This document shows positions 37,833-46,714 of a stretch of 64,000 bases of DNA, piece by piece. The notes below the pieces were generated by a model that was not told where the DNA came from, did no database searches, and saw only the letters and a program-made list of their open reading frames with translations. How positions within the stretch are numbered: position 1 is the stretch's first letter; every line of letters begins with the position of its first letter. This DNA comes from Bacteroidales bacterium Bact_19. GTDB lineage: Bacteria > Bacteroidota > Bacteroidia > Bacteroidales > ML635J-15. Location of the stretch: positions 4,760-68,759 of the forward strand of contig LUZK01000034.1 of the NCBI GenBank assembly GCA_001603595.1. Reading direction: 5' to 3'. The position numbers were made by a program, and so were the translations under genes.

Positions 37833-39674
37833 ATGAAATTGAATAGCGGGATTTTGATTCTGTTTCTTTCATTATTTTTCTATGATTTACAAGCAGATAA
37901 TATTGAATTTACTGCGAAAGCACCATCAAAAATAGGAATAAACCAAACTTTTCAGGTACAGTTTATTGTTAACAAACAAGGAACTAATATCCAACCAGGC
38001 GACTATAGCGGTTTTAAATTAGTTGGAGGACCGTCAGTTTCCACAAGCCAAAGTATTCAAATTATAAACGGAAACATGTCGCAGTCCACCACATATACCT
38101 ATACTTATACATTTCAAGCGTTAAATGTTGGCACATTTACAATTGGTCCTGGCAAAATAACCATTGATGGTAAAACATATAACTCAAATACTTTAAGAAT
38201 TGAAGTTCAAAAAGATCCTGTGCAAAGTCAAAATCCCAGAAACAACAGAAGAGGCTACGATCCCTGGGCAGACTTTTATAATGACTTTTTCGGACAACCG
38301 CAGCAAGTACAACCTAAAGAAATCACTGCTGAAGATCTTTTTGCAAGAGTAATTGTTGACAAAACGACTGCTTATAAAGGAGAACCCATTATTGCAACCA
38401 TAAAAATTTACACTACAGTAGATTTGATAGGCTTTAAAGATATAAAACTACCCGCATTTGATGCGTTTTATGCCGAAGAGATCGAAAGTCCCGAAAGAAT
38501 ATATTTCACAAAAGAAATCATAAATAACAGAACCTACAATACAGCATTATTAAAAAAATACATACTATATCCAAGAGTTACAGGTAATGTAAAAATTGAA
38601 AAAGCCGATTTTGATTGCGAGGTGCGAGTTTTGACCTCTCAAAACATGTGGTTTGGAAATTACCAAACTGAAAACAAAAAAATCAGCACTCCCGAAATCA
38701 ACATTACAGTAAAACCATTAACTTCGCCACCATCCACTTTTACCGGAGCAATAGGTAGATTTGATTTCAAAATCGAAAAATCGGCTGATACCGTAAATGT
38801 AAACGATGCAATAACATTTAAGTTCATTGTTTTCGGTACGGGAAATTTCAACATGATTGAAACTCCAAAGTTAGTTTGGCCTAAAGAATTTGATGTTTAC
38901 GATCCAGTTGTAAACGAAAAAACATCTGTAACTTCAAACGGAGTTACAGGCAGCAAAACATGGGAATATACTCTCATTCCACGTTTTCCTGGCAAATATA
39001 ATCTCGGAAAATTTAACTTTACATACTACGACCTTAATACTCATCAATATAAAACCATTGAAACCAAAGAAGTAATTTTTGCCGTTAGACGTGATAAAAA
39101 CGACACTAAATTTGATGATAAGAGCTATAACTACTCCCAGAAAGGGATTGAATATATCGGCGACGAAGATATAAGATACATAAAAACCAAAAATTTCAAT
39201 CTTTATAAAACAAACAATTTAATTACTAAAACAGGAGTATTTCCATTCTTGTTTATTGTTCCTGCAGTTATATTTATTGTTGTAATTATTCTGTTAAGAA
39301 AGATAATAAAAGAGCGTTCTAACATTGTTAAGTTAAAACAAAGAAATGCAGGTAAAGTTTCCAGAAGAAGATTGAAAAAAGCAAGAAAATATTTACAAAG
39401 TCGTGATAATGAAAAATTCTACAAAGAAATTATTTCCACCTTATGGGGCTTTGCCGGCGACAGATTAGGTATTCCCGTTGCCGATTTAACAAAAGATAAA
39501 ATTATCAATGTATTAGAAAGTTTAAATGCCGATAGCGAATTATCAAAAAACTTTATTGATTTAATTGATCTTTGCGAATTTGCACATTTTGCTCCTGTTC
39601 AAACCGAACAGGATAAACAAGAAATTTACAAAAAAGCAGCCGAGATAATTGAAAAATTAGATCAAGTTTTATAA
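37833..39674 (+). CDS. batD: BatD-like (oxygen-tolerance family) protein
   Basis: Signal peptide from the ATG at 37833, repeated beta-sandwich regions, a single TM helix near the C-terminus (VFPFLFIVPAVIFIVVIILL), then a cytoplasmic helical tail. Followed by a TPR/SH3 BatE-like gene. Confidence 0.65.
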   Translation: MKLNSGILILFLSLFFYDLQADNIEFTAKAPSKIGINQTFQVQFIVNKQGTNIQPGDYSGFKLVGGPSVSTSQSIQIINGNMSQSTTYTYTYTFQALNVGTFTIGPGKITIDGKTYNSNTLRIEVQKDPVQSQNPRNNRRGYDPWADFYNDFFGQPQQVQPKEITAEDLFARVIVDKTTAYKGEPIIATIKIYTTVDLIGFKDIKLPAFDAFYAEEIESPERIYFTKEIINNRTYNTALLKKYILYPRVTGNVKIEKADFDCEVRVLTSQNMWFGNYQTENKKISTPEINITVKPLTSPPSTFTGAIGRFDFKIEKSADTVNVNDAITFKFIVFGTGNFNMIETPKLVWPKEFDVYDPVVNEKTSVTSNGVTGSKTWEYTLIPRFPGKYNLGKFNFTYYDLNTHQYKTIETKEVIFAVRRDKNDTKFDDKSYNYSQKGIEYIGDEDIRYIKTKNFNLYKTNNLITKTGVFPFLFIVPAVIFIVVIILLRKIIKERSNIVKLKQRNAGKVSRRRLKKARKYLQSRDNEKFYKEIISTLWGFAGDRLGIPVADLTKDKIINVLESLNADSELSKNFIDLIDLCEFAHFAPVQTEQDKQEIYKKAAEIIEKLDQVL

Positions 39675-39685
39675 AGATTTGAGAT

Positions 39686-40453
39686 ATGAAAAAAGTAATA
39701 ATCATAATATTAATTTTAATTTTCAGCGAAAGTATTATATCGTTCGGCAAACCCAATCAAAGAATTAAAAACTTACAGGATTCTGCTTTGAACTTCTATA
39801 TGCAAAACGATTTCAAAAATTCTGTAAGAGTTTATCTCGAAATTTTAAAATCGGGATATTATTCTTCTGAGTTATATTACAATCTTGGCAACGCTTATTT
39901 CAAGTCCGGTGATATTGCCTCTGCAATTTATTATTACGAAAAAGCAAAACTTCACAATCCCTCCGACCCAGATATAAATCATAACCTGAAAATCGCATAC
40001 TCACAAATAAAAAACAAAGTAGAACCTTTGCCCGAATTTTTCTTTATCTCATGGTATAAACAGACCCTTAACTTGTTTTCTGCAAATACCTGGGCTGTTT
40101 TGAGTATTATGTTTTTCGTTTTTTTGTTAACAGCTATAATAATTTATCTCTTTGGTAAAACCTTAACTCAAAAAAAGATAGGATTTTATACAGGAATTAT
40201 TTTTATTTTTTTCTTCTCATTATCTCTATTATTCAGTATAAAACAGACGAATAACATAACAAAAAATAAATTTGCAATAATATTCGATCCTGTTATGGTA
40301 AAATCAAGTCCTCAAGAAGAAGGGACCAATATGTTTGAAATTAATGAAGGTTTAAAAGTTGAAATATTGGATTCATTAAACAACTGGTATAACATTAGGC
40401 TTGCAGACGGGAAACAGGGTTGGATTGTAAAAGAAAGTGTAAAAAAATTATAG
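39686..40453 (+). CDS. BatE-like TPR plus SH3b domain membrane protein
   Basis: TPR repeats (YYNLGNAYFKSGDIASAIYYYEKA), two TM helices, and a C-terminal SH3-like WYNIRLADGKQGWIVKESV. Confidence 0.6.
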   Translation: MKKVIIIILILIFSESIISFGKPNQRIKNLQDSALNFYMQNDFKNSVRVYLEILKSGYYSSELYYNLGNAYFKSGDIASAIYYYEKAKLHNPSDPDINHNLKIAYSQIKNKVEPLPEFFFISWYKQTLNLFSANTWAVLSIMFFVFLLTAIIIYLFGKTLTQKKIGFYTGIIFIFFFSLSLLFSIKQTNNITKNKFAIIFDPVMVKSSPQEEGTNMFEINEGLKVEILDSLNNWYNIRLADGKQGWIVKESVKKL

Positions 40454-40490
40454 AATTTCAGAATTATAACAAACATATGGCCAAATAATT

Positions 40491-40498
40491 TATTTTTG
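40491..40498 (+). promoter_or_regulatory. Candidate -7 promoter box (TAnnTTTG)
   Basis: tatttttg lies 25 nt upstream of the ATG at 40524. Confidence 0.35.
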
Positions 40499-40523
40499 AG
40501 CTAATAAAAATTGAAAATTTAAA

Positions 40524-40946
40524 ATGAAAAAATTCGCATTGCTAAGTTTAATCATAAGTATTACCTTGATTTCCTGCGATATACTTAATAGAAATGTTTG
40601 CAAAAATTACTTAAGCGACGACAAATACATACGTTGCTATGCAGAGGCAAAAAGCTCTAATCCACAGCTTGCTGCTGAAAAGTCTTTATTTTTAGCAAAA
40701 CAAAATGCTTCAAAACTTATTGATGATTATATTCTCGAAAAATACAATCACAAATTATTTCTCGAAGATCCTGATTACGAGACAAAAATTACCATAGCTC
40801 GCAAAACTATTTTGAGCGATATAAATATTGTTTGCAACCGCGACAAATACCGTAAAGGTCTTCATTATAACTATGTAGCAATTGAAATTTCAAAAAATGA
40901 GATTGAGCATGAAGTTGAGAAACGACTAAAAGAAAAAATCAGATAA
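40524..40946 (+). CDS. Hypothetical lipoprotein (140 aa)
   Basis: Lipobox-like ITLISC. No recognisable family. The stop overlaps the next start. Confidence 0.5.
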   Translation: MKKFALLSLIISITLISCDILNRNVCKNYLSDDKYIRCYAEAKSSNPQLAAEKSLFLAKQNASKLIDDYILEKYNHKLFLEDPDYETKITIARKTILSDINIVCNRDKYRKGLHYNYVAIEISKNEIEHEVEKRLKEKIR

Positions 40947-41461
40947 TGGACATTGTTCTTATTATACTTGGTTCTATTCTAATAATTGCTGGAATTATCG
41001 GGTGTATTTTACCTGTAATTCCAGGACCGCCATTAAGCTTTGCTGGATTACTTTTACTTCACTTTACGAGTATTGTAAACTTTTCGACCTTCACATTAAT
41101 ATTCACCGCATCAGCAGCACTTATTGCAACAATTCTTGATTATGTAGTTCCTGCCTGGGGAACAAAAAAAGCCGGTGGTACAAAATGGGGAATTCGTGGT
41201 AGCGGAATAGGAGTAATAATTGGATTATTCTTTGCTCCTTTAGGAATTTTTATTTTCCCTTTTTTAGGAGCACTCATTGGTGAACTTTTTTATCATTATC
41301 AAATTAGAAAAAATGTTAAAGACCCCGATAAATTTTCAAAATCTCTTGTTGCATCATTAGGTTCATTTTTGGGATTGATATTTGGGATTGTTCTTAAACT
41401 TGCAGTAAGTTGTTTCATTGCATTTTTATTTATTAAAGAGTTAATAATAGCTTTATTCTAA
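40946..41461 (+). CDS. DUF456-like small membrane protein
   Basis: Four TM helices. The GIIGCILPVIPGPPLSF N-terminus is typical of the family. Confidence 0.6.
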   Translation: MDIVLIILGSILIIAGIIGCILPVIPGPPLSFAGLLLLHFTSIVNFSTFTLIFTASAALIATILDYVVPAWGTKKAGGTKWGIRGSGIGVIIGLFFAPLGIFIFPFLGALIGELFYHYQIRKNVKDPDKFSKSLVASLGSFLGLIFGIVLKLAVSCFIAFLFIKELIIALF

Positions 41462-41535
41462 ATTAATATCGAAATAAAAGAATATTCCATAAGGTTTGAT
41501 AATATTTTTATACCGGTAATTTCAGCTTGTGTATA

Positions 41536-41605
41536 CCTAATCATTTAGGCTTCGCCAAACACAGTACTAATAGAAAAGTTGCAGGCACCGAAGTACTATC
41601 CAAAT
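41536..41605 (+). repeat. GC-enriched intergenic island with weak resemblance to the 3' module of the IS-like element
   Basis: catttaggcttcgccaaacac compared with 30066-30096 (catttatgagagttgaggctctcgaaacgcc). caccgaagtactatcc compared with cacgaagcattagttcat (30140-30157). Many gaps, so this is tentative. Confidence 0.2.
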
Positions 41606-41636
41606 AAAAAACTTTTACACTTATAACTTGTAATTT

Positions 41637-42185
41637 CTAACTTTCCAGCTCCGGGTCAAAAAAACTAAAATTCACGCTTCCATAAGTTTTTTTCATCAAA
41701 AAATATTTGTACGAACTAAAATCAATCTCCGCCGAATGCTCTATAATCAGTAACGACTTATCGGATAACAATTCCTTCTTAAAAATCAAATCGTAAATTT
41801 CAGGGATATTTTCAAGATCATAAGGGGGGTCAGCGAAAATTAAATCGAATTTTTGTTTGGTTGATTTTAAATATCTGAAAACATTAGATTTAATAAGCCT
41901 GATATTATTGTTAAAACCAAGTTTTTCTATTGTGGTCTGAATAAATTTAGTATGAATAAAATTTTTTTCAACAGCCACAATATTTTTTGTTCCTCTACTG
42001 GCAAACTCGTAACTAATACTTCCTGTTCCGCTGAATAAATCAAGTACGGAAATATTTTCGAAATTAAAATAGTTTCCTATCACGTTAAATAATGCTTCTT
42101 TTGCAAAATCTGTTGTTGGTCTTGATCTAAAATTGCTCGGTGGAGAAATAATTTTTCCTCTATATTTTCCTCCTATTATACGCAT
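41637..42185 (-). CDS. rsmD: 16S rRNA (guanine966-N2)-methyltransferase RsmD
   Basis: MRIIGGKYRGKII, RPTTDFAKEALFN, DLFSGTGS, FADPPY. Confidence 0.85.
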   Translation of the reverse strand: MRIIGGKYRGKIISPPSNFRSRPTTDFAKEALFNVIGNYFNFENISVLDLFSGTGSISYEFASRGTKNIVAVEKNFIHTKFIQTTIEKLGFNNNIRLIKSNVFRYLKSTKQKFDLIFADPPYDLENIPEIYDLIFKKELLSDKSLLIIEHSAEIDFSSYKYFLMKKTYGSVNFSFFDPELES

Positions 42186-42191
42186 TTATAA

Positions 42192-43025
42192 TTATGAATT
42201 TAATATTATCGAAAAATAATGAGGTAAAATCTCCTGAAAACGATAATAATATTTATATTTTTTATTCAAGGAAGTGAAATAAATGTTTGCAATAAACTTA
42301 CGTAAATTGATAATTGAAATATCAGCAGGATCAATAAAACCGCTAATTTCAACCTGAGTTGTATCGGCTTTAAGTCGAAGTTGATTAAAAATATTTACTA
42401 GATGGTACAGAAAATCATTTGCCGTTTTATATTTAAAACTGTTGAACAGTTTAAGTTCTTCATTAAAAACGAGTACATCAAAAAAATCCGGAGCAATATT
42501 AACAAAGACTTTATTGCCAGGACGATTTTCATCGTTACGTAGTTTCAATAACGAATTCTCTACAAAAACAGAGGCATCACAAAAAATTTCGGCTTTAGGA
42601 AAATGGTTTTTAATAAACTCGTACTCGTTTTTGTCAACATCGTAAATAATAATTGCATCAATATCGTCAATTTGATTATAGAGCAGAATTTCGTTATCGT
42701 TCAAAAAATGAGATAATTTAAAAATGTGAGAAATTTTATCTTTTTGAAAAATTGATTTAGGAACAATAGATTTCTTGAAAGTTGAAAATATTATTTTTGA
42801 ATTATAACCGGGATGAGTTAATTTATCTTTTTCAAAAACATTAGTGTACAAAGAATATTTATCTTGATTAGTTTTGAAATTATTTGAGATTAACCCTACA
42901 TATTGTTTTTCGTCTTCATTAAATACAGAATAAGAAAATCCATCCTGATTTATTAGGATGGACAAACTTAATTTTTCGATATCGGGATCAAAAAAATCTT
43001 TCGATTTTATTCTGATTTCTCTCAT
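42192..43025 (-). CDS. DUF3822-like protein (277 aa)
   Basis: Size, and a position immediately upstream of rsmD as in many Bacteroidota. No catalytic motif recognised. Confidence 0.5.
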   Translation of the reverse strand: MREIRIKSKDFFDPDIEKLSLSILINQDGFSYSVFNEDEKQYVGLISNNFKTNQDKYSLYTNVFEKDKLTHPGYNSKIIFSTFKKSIVPKSIFQKDKISHIFKLSHFLNDNEILLYNQIDDIDAIIIYDVDKNEYEFIKNHFPKAEIFCDASVFVENSLLKLRNDENRPGNKVFVNIAPDFFDVLVFNEELKLFNSFKYKTANDFLYHLVNIFNQLRLKADTTQVEISGFIDPADISIINLRKFIANIYFTSLNKKYKYYYRFQEILPHYFSIILNS

Positions 43026-43032
43026 TTAAAAT

Positions 43033-43650
43033 TTATTCCCAGTTACCGGCATTATTGGTAGCTTCGGTTAAAGAACCTACACGTAAACAAGTATCTTTTT
43101 TAAGAGCTTTATAGTTAATAATAAGTTGACGATCAAGACCATCTAAAATATCATCATACAAAACATAACATTGGAAAACTTTAACCATAACACCCGAACC
43201 TGTAAGTACGGAAGCAGTATCCATTTTAAATTCGACTTTCTTACCAGTAGGAGAAAATCTAATATTTTCGATCTTGTAATTTATGTGTTTAAACAAAGAA
43301 TCCTTAATAGGTACAAAAAATGTATCACGTTGAATAATACCAAGTTTCAAGGCTTCTTTTTCGGTTAAGGTGTCGGGAACAGTACCTATTGCCTTAATAA
43401 CTCTGATATTATCATTGTTTATAAAATTAATAAGAGTGTCAAAAGAAGGTGTAAAGTATCCATATCTTTCTCTAAAAGCAACCTGAGCAGTACGAATATC
43501 CTTTAATCTCTGGATAGTTACATTAAATCTGAAAGCCCTTTCTTTTTCAAAATCTATCGGTTTTTGAATACCCGCAACAATAAGATATGCAAGGGTTACA
43601 ATTACACCTAAAAGAACCACCTTAATAATAATATCAACTGTCTTATTCAT
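43033..43650 (-). CDS. Hypothetical membrane-anchored protein (205 aa)
   Basis: Single N-terminal TM helix VVLLGVIVTLAYLIVAGI. Co-directional with DUF3822/rsmD. Confidence 0.5.
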   Translation of the reverse strand: MNKTVDIIIKVVLLGVIVTLAYLIVAGIQKPIDFEKERAFRFNVTIQRLKDIRTAQVAFRERYGYFTPSFDTLINFINNDNIRVIKAIGTVPDTLTEKEALKLGIIQRDTFFVPIKDSLFKHINYKIENIRFSPTGKKVEFKMDTASVLTGSGVMVKVFQCYVLYDDILDGLDRQLIINYKALKKDTCLRVGSLTEATNNAGNWE

Positions 43651-43668
43651 TATTAGTAATTTTAATAT

Positions 43669-43676
43669 TAGTTTTG
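43669..43676 (+). promoter_or_regulatory. Candidate -7 promoter box (TAnnTTTG) for the recD-like gene
   Basis: tagttttg overlaps the tracked TTG start at 43674. This supports the ATG at 43731 as the true start. Confidence 0.4.
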
Positions 43677-43730
43677 CACAAAATTAAATTATTTTTCAAA
43701 ATTCAAACAGTTTTTTTACAATTTTATTTT

Positions 43731-45164
43731 ATGTCAGTAAACATTTTTAAAGATATTATAATAAAACATCTTGACAACACCCCTACAAGTAGTCAGTTAA
43801 AAGCAATTACGGAAATCTACAATTTTTTAAAAAATAAAGATAAGCAAGGAATATTTGTACTATACGGATATGCAGGAACAGGCAAAACTACTCTTATATC
43901 AGCAATTATTGAAGCCTTAAGCTATTATAAAACAAAAACTGTTCTTCTCACTCCCACTGGACGAGCTGCAAAAGTACTCACCGAATATTCTGGACGCACT
44001 GCATTTACTATTCACAGATTTATATACCGCAGAAAAAACAATTCCGATCCGGAAGCAAGATTCACTCTTAACTTTAACAAATTAAAAAATACTCTTTTTA
44101 TTGTTGACGAAGCCTCAATGGTAAATAATTTTGAAACTTCGGACAATATTTTCGGAAGCGGCAACTTATTGCAAGACCTCTTGGATTTCGTTTACAACAA
44201 CGATAATAACTGTAAACTTATGTTTGTTGGCGATAAAGCCCAACTTCCGCCTGTAAACTCCGTTGTAAGCCCTGCTCTCGACATAGAATATTTGGAATCT
44301 TTAGGATTTAATGTTTTTTCAACCGAACTCACAGAAGTCGTTAGACAGGCTGAAGATTCGGGGATCCTCTACAATGCAACAAAAATAAGAAATAAAATAA
44401 ATGATGTAGATCTCAACATTCAAAATATAATTGATTTAGGCTTCAGAGACATCAATTATATTAATGGAAGCGACTTGCTAGAAGAAATTGAAAGTTGTTA
44501 CTCAAAATTCGGACAGGAAGAAACAAAAATTGTATGCAGGTCCAATCACGCTGCGGTAAAATTTAATAATGGCATAAGAAACAGGATACTTTATCTCGAA
44601 GATATTTTGTCTCCAGGTGATTTAATAATGGCAGTAAGAAATTCCTATTATTGGCTTCCTGAAAATATGGAACCGGAATTTATTGCTAATGGAGATATTT
44701 TCGAAGTACTAAAAGTTTATAATAAAAACTTTATTTACGGATACAATTTTGCAGACGTAAAAATCAGATTTGTTGATTACCCTGATATTGAAGTAGAAGC
44801 AAAAGTTCTACTTGACACTCTTGACTCGGAACAACCTTCGTGGGGAAATGATTTTTATAAAAAACTTTTTCAAACCATGATGGAAGATTTTCAAGACATT
44901 AAAGATTTGAAGAAACGAAGATTAAGAATACTCGAAGATCCGTACTTTAATGCAATTCAAATAAAATATGCTTATGCTTTTACCTGTCATAAATCCCAGG
45001 GAGGACAATGGAAAGCTATATTTATTGATCACGGATATATTACAGATTTTAGCGAAGATAACCCCGCAAATTATGAATTTCTGCGATGGTTATATACTGC
45101 ATTCACAAGAGCAACAGAAAAGTTATACCTTATTAATTTTAATAAAAAGCTCTTAGCCGAATAG
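43731..45164 (+). CDS. RecD-like SF1 DNA helicase (AAA_30 / UvrD_C_2 type)
   Basis: Walker A GYAGTGKTT, Walker B FIVDEASMV, C-terminal AFTCHKSQGGQW. Confidence 0.8.
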   Translation: MSVNIFKDIIIKHLDNTPTSSQLKAITEIYNFLKNKDKQGIFVLYGYAGTGKTTLISAIIEALSYYKTKTVLLTPTGRAAKVLTEYSGRTAFTIHRFIYRRKNNSDPEARFTLNFNKLKNTLFIVDEASMVNNFETSDNIFGSGNLLQDLLDFVYNNDNNCKLMFVGDKAQLPPVNSVVSPALDIEYLESLGFNVFSTELTEVVRQAEDSGILYNATKIRNKINDVDLNIQNIIDLGFRDINYINGSDLLEEIESCYSKFGQEETKIVCRSNHAAVKFNNGIRNRILYLEDILSPGDLIMAVRNSYYWLPENMEPEFIANGDIFEVLKVYNKNFIYGYNFADVKIRFVDYPDIEVEAKVLLDTLDSEQPSWGNDFYKKLFQTMMEDFQDIKDLKKRRLRILEDPYFNAIQIKYAYAFTCHKSQGGQWKAIFIDHGYITDFSEDNPANYEFLRWLYTAFTRATEKLYLINFNKKLLAE

Positions 45165-45743
45165 TCTTTTCAAATCAGTTTTAAATTTTTCAAGGTCAAT
45201 TTTATAACCTAATTTTTCGAGCGAAGAAACAAAATCTTTATGAGAGCGTTTAGCTCTGTACTCAGGTTCGGTTTCCGGATGTTTTAATAATTCCTCAATA
45301 AAATCAGGATTTTCGGAAATATTTATTACTGCATGAAACATAATATATTCCCTGCCATTATACATTGAGGACCCGGCAATTTTGTAATCACCAATACAAA
45401 TATCGGAAATTCCCTTAATGCAAAGATCATTTACTCCCTGATTTTCCAAAGCCTTAATAATAATTTCGTTACATTGAATAAAAACTTCTTTTATATTTTT
45501 AAAACTCTCGTTTGCTATTCTCATAGATACGATGATAGTTTTTGGAGTCAAAACAACTGCATGCCCACCACTGGGACGTTTCAAAATCTCAATATCTTCC
45601 AAAATATTGTCAACATTTACAGATGTTTCTACTGAATCTCTTTGACCTAATACAATGTAAGTCTTGTTGGGTTTCCAAATAAAAATATTATTATTACCAG
45701 GCGAAAATAAATATCTATCAGGAAGGTTATATTCTTTCAGCAT
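45153..45743 (-). CDS. Lipoate/biotin protein ligase-like (BPL/LplA/LipB catalytic domain) protein
   Basis: RPSGGHAVVLTP resembles the RRxSGGGAVyHD block of LplA-type enzymes. 196 aa. The 3' end overlaps the convergent recD-like gene by 12 nt. Confidence 0.45.
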   Translation of the reverse strand: MLKEYNLPDRYLFSPGNNNIFIWKPNKTYIVLGQRDSVETSVNVDNILEDIEILKRPSGGHAVVLTPKTIIVSMRIANESFKNIKEVFIQCNEIIIKALENQGVNDLCIKGISDICIGDYKIAGSSMYNGREYIMFHAVINISENPDFIEELLKHPETEPEYRAKRSHKDFVSSLEKLGYKIDLEKFKTDLKRLFG

Positions 45744-45810
45744 TTTTTTCTGTAAAAATAAAATTTTTCTGTATGATTTTTGTAATATTGCGGTACAAAA
45801 TTTTAAAACT

Positions 45811-46245
45811 ATGAAAAGTATGAATAAAAAGTCAGCAATTCTTGTATTATTTATGTTTTTAGCATCTATTGTTCTTGCTCAAAAAGAAGTTGGCGTTTGG
45901 AAAACTATTGATGACAATACAAAAAAAGAAAAATCACATGTAGAAATTTATATTAAAAATGGGAAGCTTTATGGTAAAGTAGTTAAAATTCTGGATGAAT
46001 CTAGAGCTAATGCAAAATGTACAGAGTGTAAAGGCGATTTATATAATAAACCAATTGTTGGGATGCAAATAATAAATGGCTTGGATAAGAGAAAAGACGA
46101 TTGGTACAAAAAAGAAGGAATTCTCGATCCCGAGAATGGAAAACTTTACGATTGTAAAATTTGGTTATCAGATAATAATACCTTACAAGTTAGAGGATAT
46201 TTAGGTCCATTTTACAGAACTCAAACCTGGTATAGAATAAAATAA
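45811..46245 (+). CDS. DUF2147 domain protein, secreted
   Basis: Signal peptide from the ATG at 45811. GVWKTIDD...KSHVEIY, GKLYDCKIWL and LQVRGYLG...RTQTWYR are typical DUF2147 blocks. The upstream part of the tracked ORF overlaps the divergent gene. Confidence 0.75.
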   Translation: MKSMNKKSAILVLFMFLASIVLAQKEVGVWKTIDDNTKKEKSHVEIYIKNGKLYGKVVKILDESRANAKCTECKGDLYNKPIVGMQIINGLDKRKDDWYKKEGILDPENGKLYDCKIWLSDNNTLQVRGYLGPFYRTQTWYRIK

Positions 46246-46255
46246 AAATTTTACT

Positions 46256-46630
46256 TTATTCATTAAAAACCTCTTGTACTGATTTAAATATCTCATTAAG
46301 TTTAAGAGGTTTTTCAAAAAATTTAGATGCTCCGGATTCAAAAGCTTCCATTTTATTAGTAGAAGAAACATACGCCGATTGGATAAAGATATGAATTTTA
46401 GGGTTCTTTGTTTTAATAATTTTTGTAGCTTCAATTCCCGACATCCCCGGTAATTTTATATCCATCAAAACCGCCTTGTAATTATCACTATCAGGAGTAT
46501 CAAAAAAATTAATAGCATCAGTAGCTGTCGAAAAATGTAAATGTTCAAATCCTTTTAATCTAAAAAACTCTGACAATAAATATGCTCCTGCTGGATTATC
46601 TTCAACAATTATAAGACGCTTTGCTTTCAT
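46256..46630 (-). CDS. Stand-alone response-regulator receiver domain (CheY-like)
   Basis: MKAKRLIIVEDN, phospho-acceptor context AVLMDIKLPGMSG, conserved K in ESGASKFFEKP. The ATG at 46630 is preferred over the TTG at 46663. Confidence 0.8.
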   Translation of the reverse strand: MKAKRLIIVEDNPAGAYLLSEFFRLKGFEHLHFSTATDAINFFDTPDSDNYKAVLMDIKLPGMSGIEATKIIKTKNPKIHIFIQSAYVSSTNKMEAFESGASKFFEKPLKLNEIFKSVQEVFNE

Positions 46631-46714
46631 TTCATATAACGTTTTTAATAAAGAATCCTTCAAAATTAAAATAATGTTTGGAAATTCAAAACATTAAATT
46701 ATTCTAAAAAAAAT

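Noticed and set aside
45664-45810. N-terminal extensions from non-ATG or upstream starts in the ORF track (45664, 43674, 37782, 32423, 29594, 54352, 58400, 46663, 23237, 52470, 58504, 9692)
   Set aside because: The extensions overlap neighbouring genes, promoter boxes or terminators. They begin with TTG or GTG, while an in-frame ATG followed by a signal peptide or conserved N-terminus lies just downstream.
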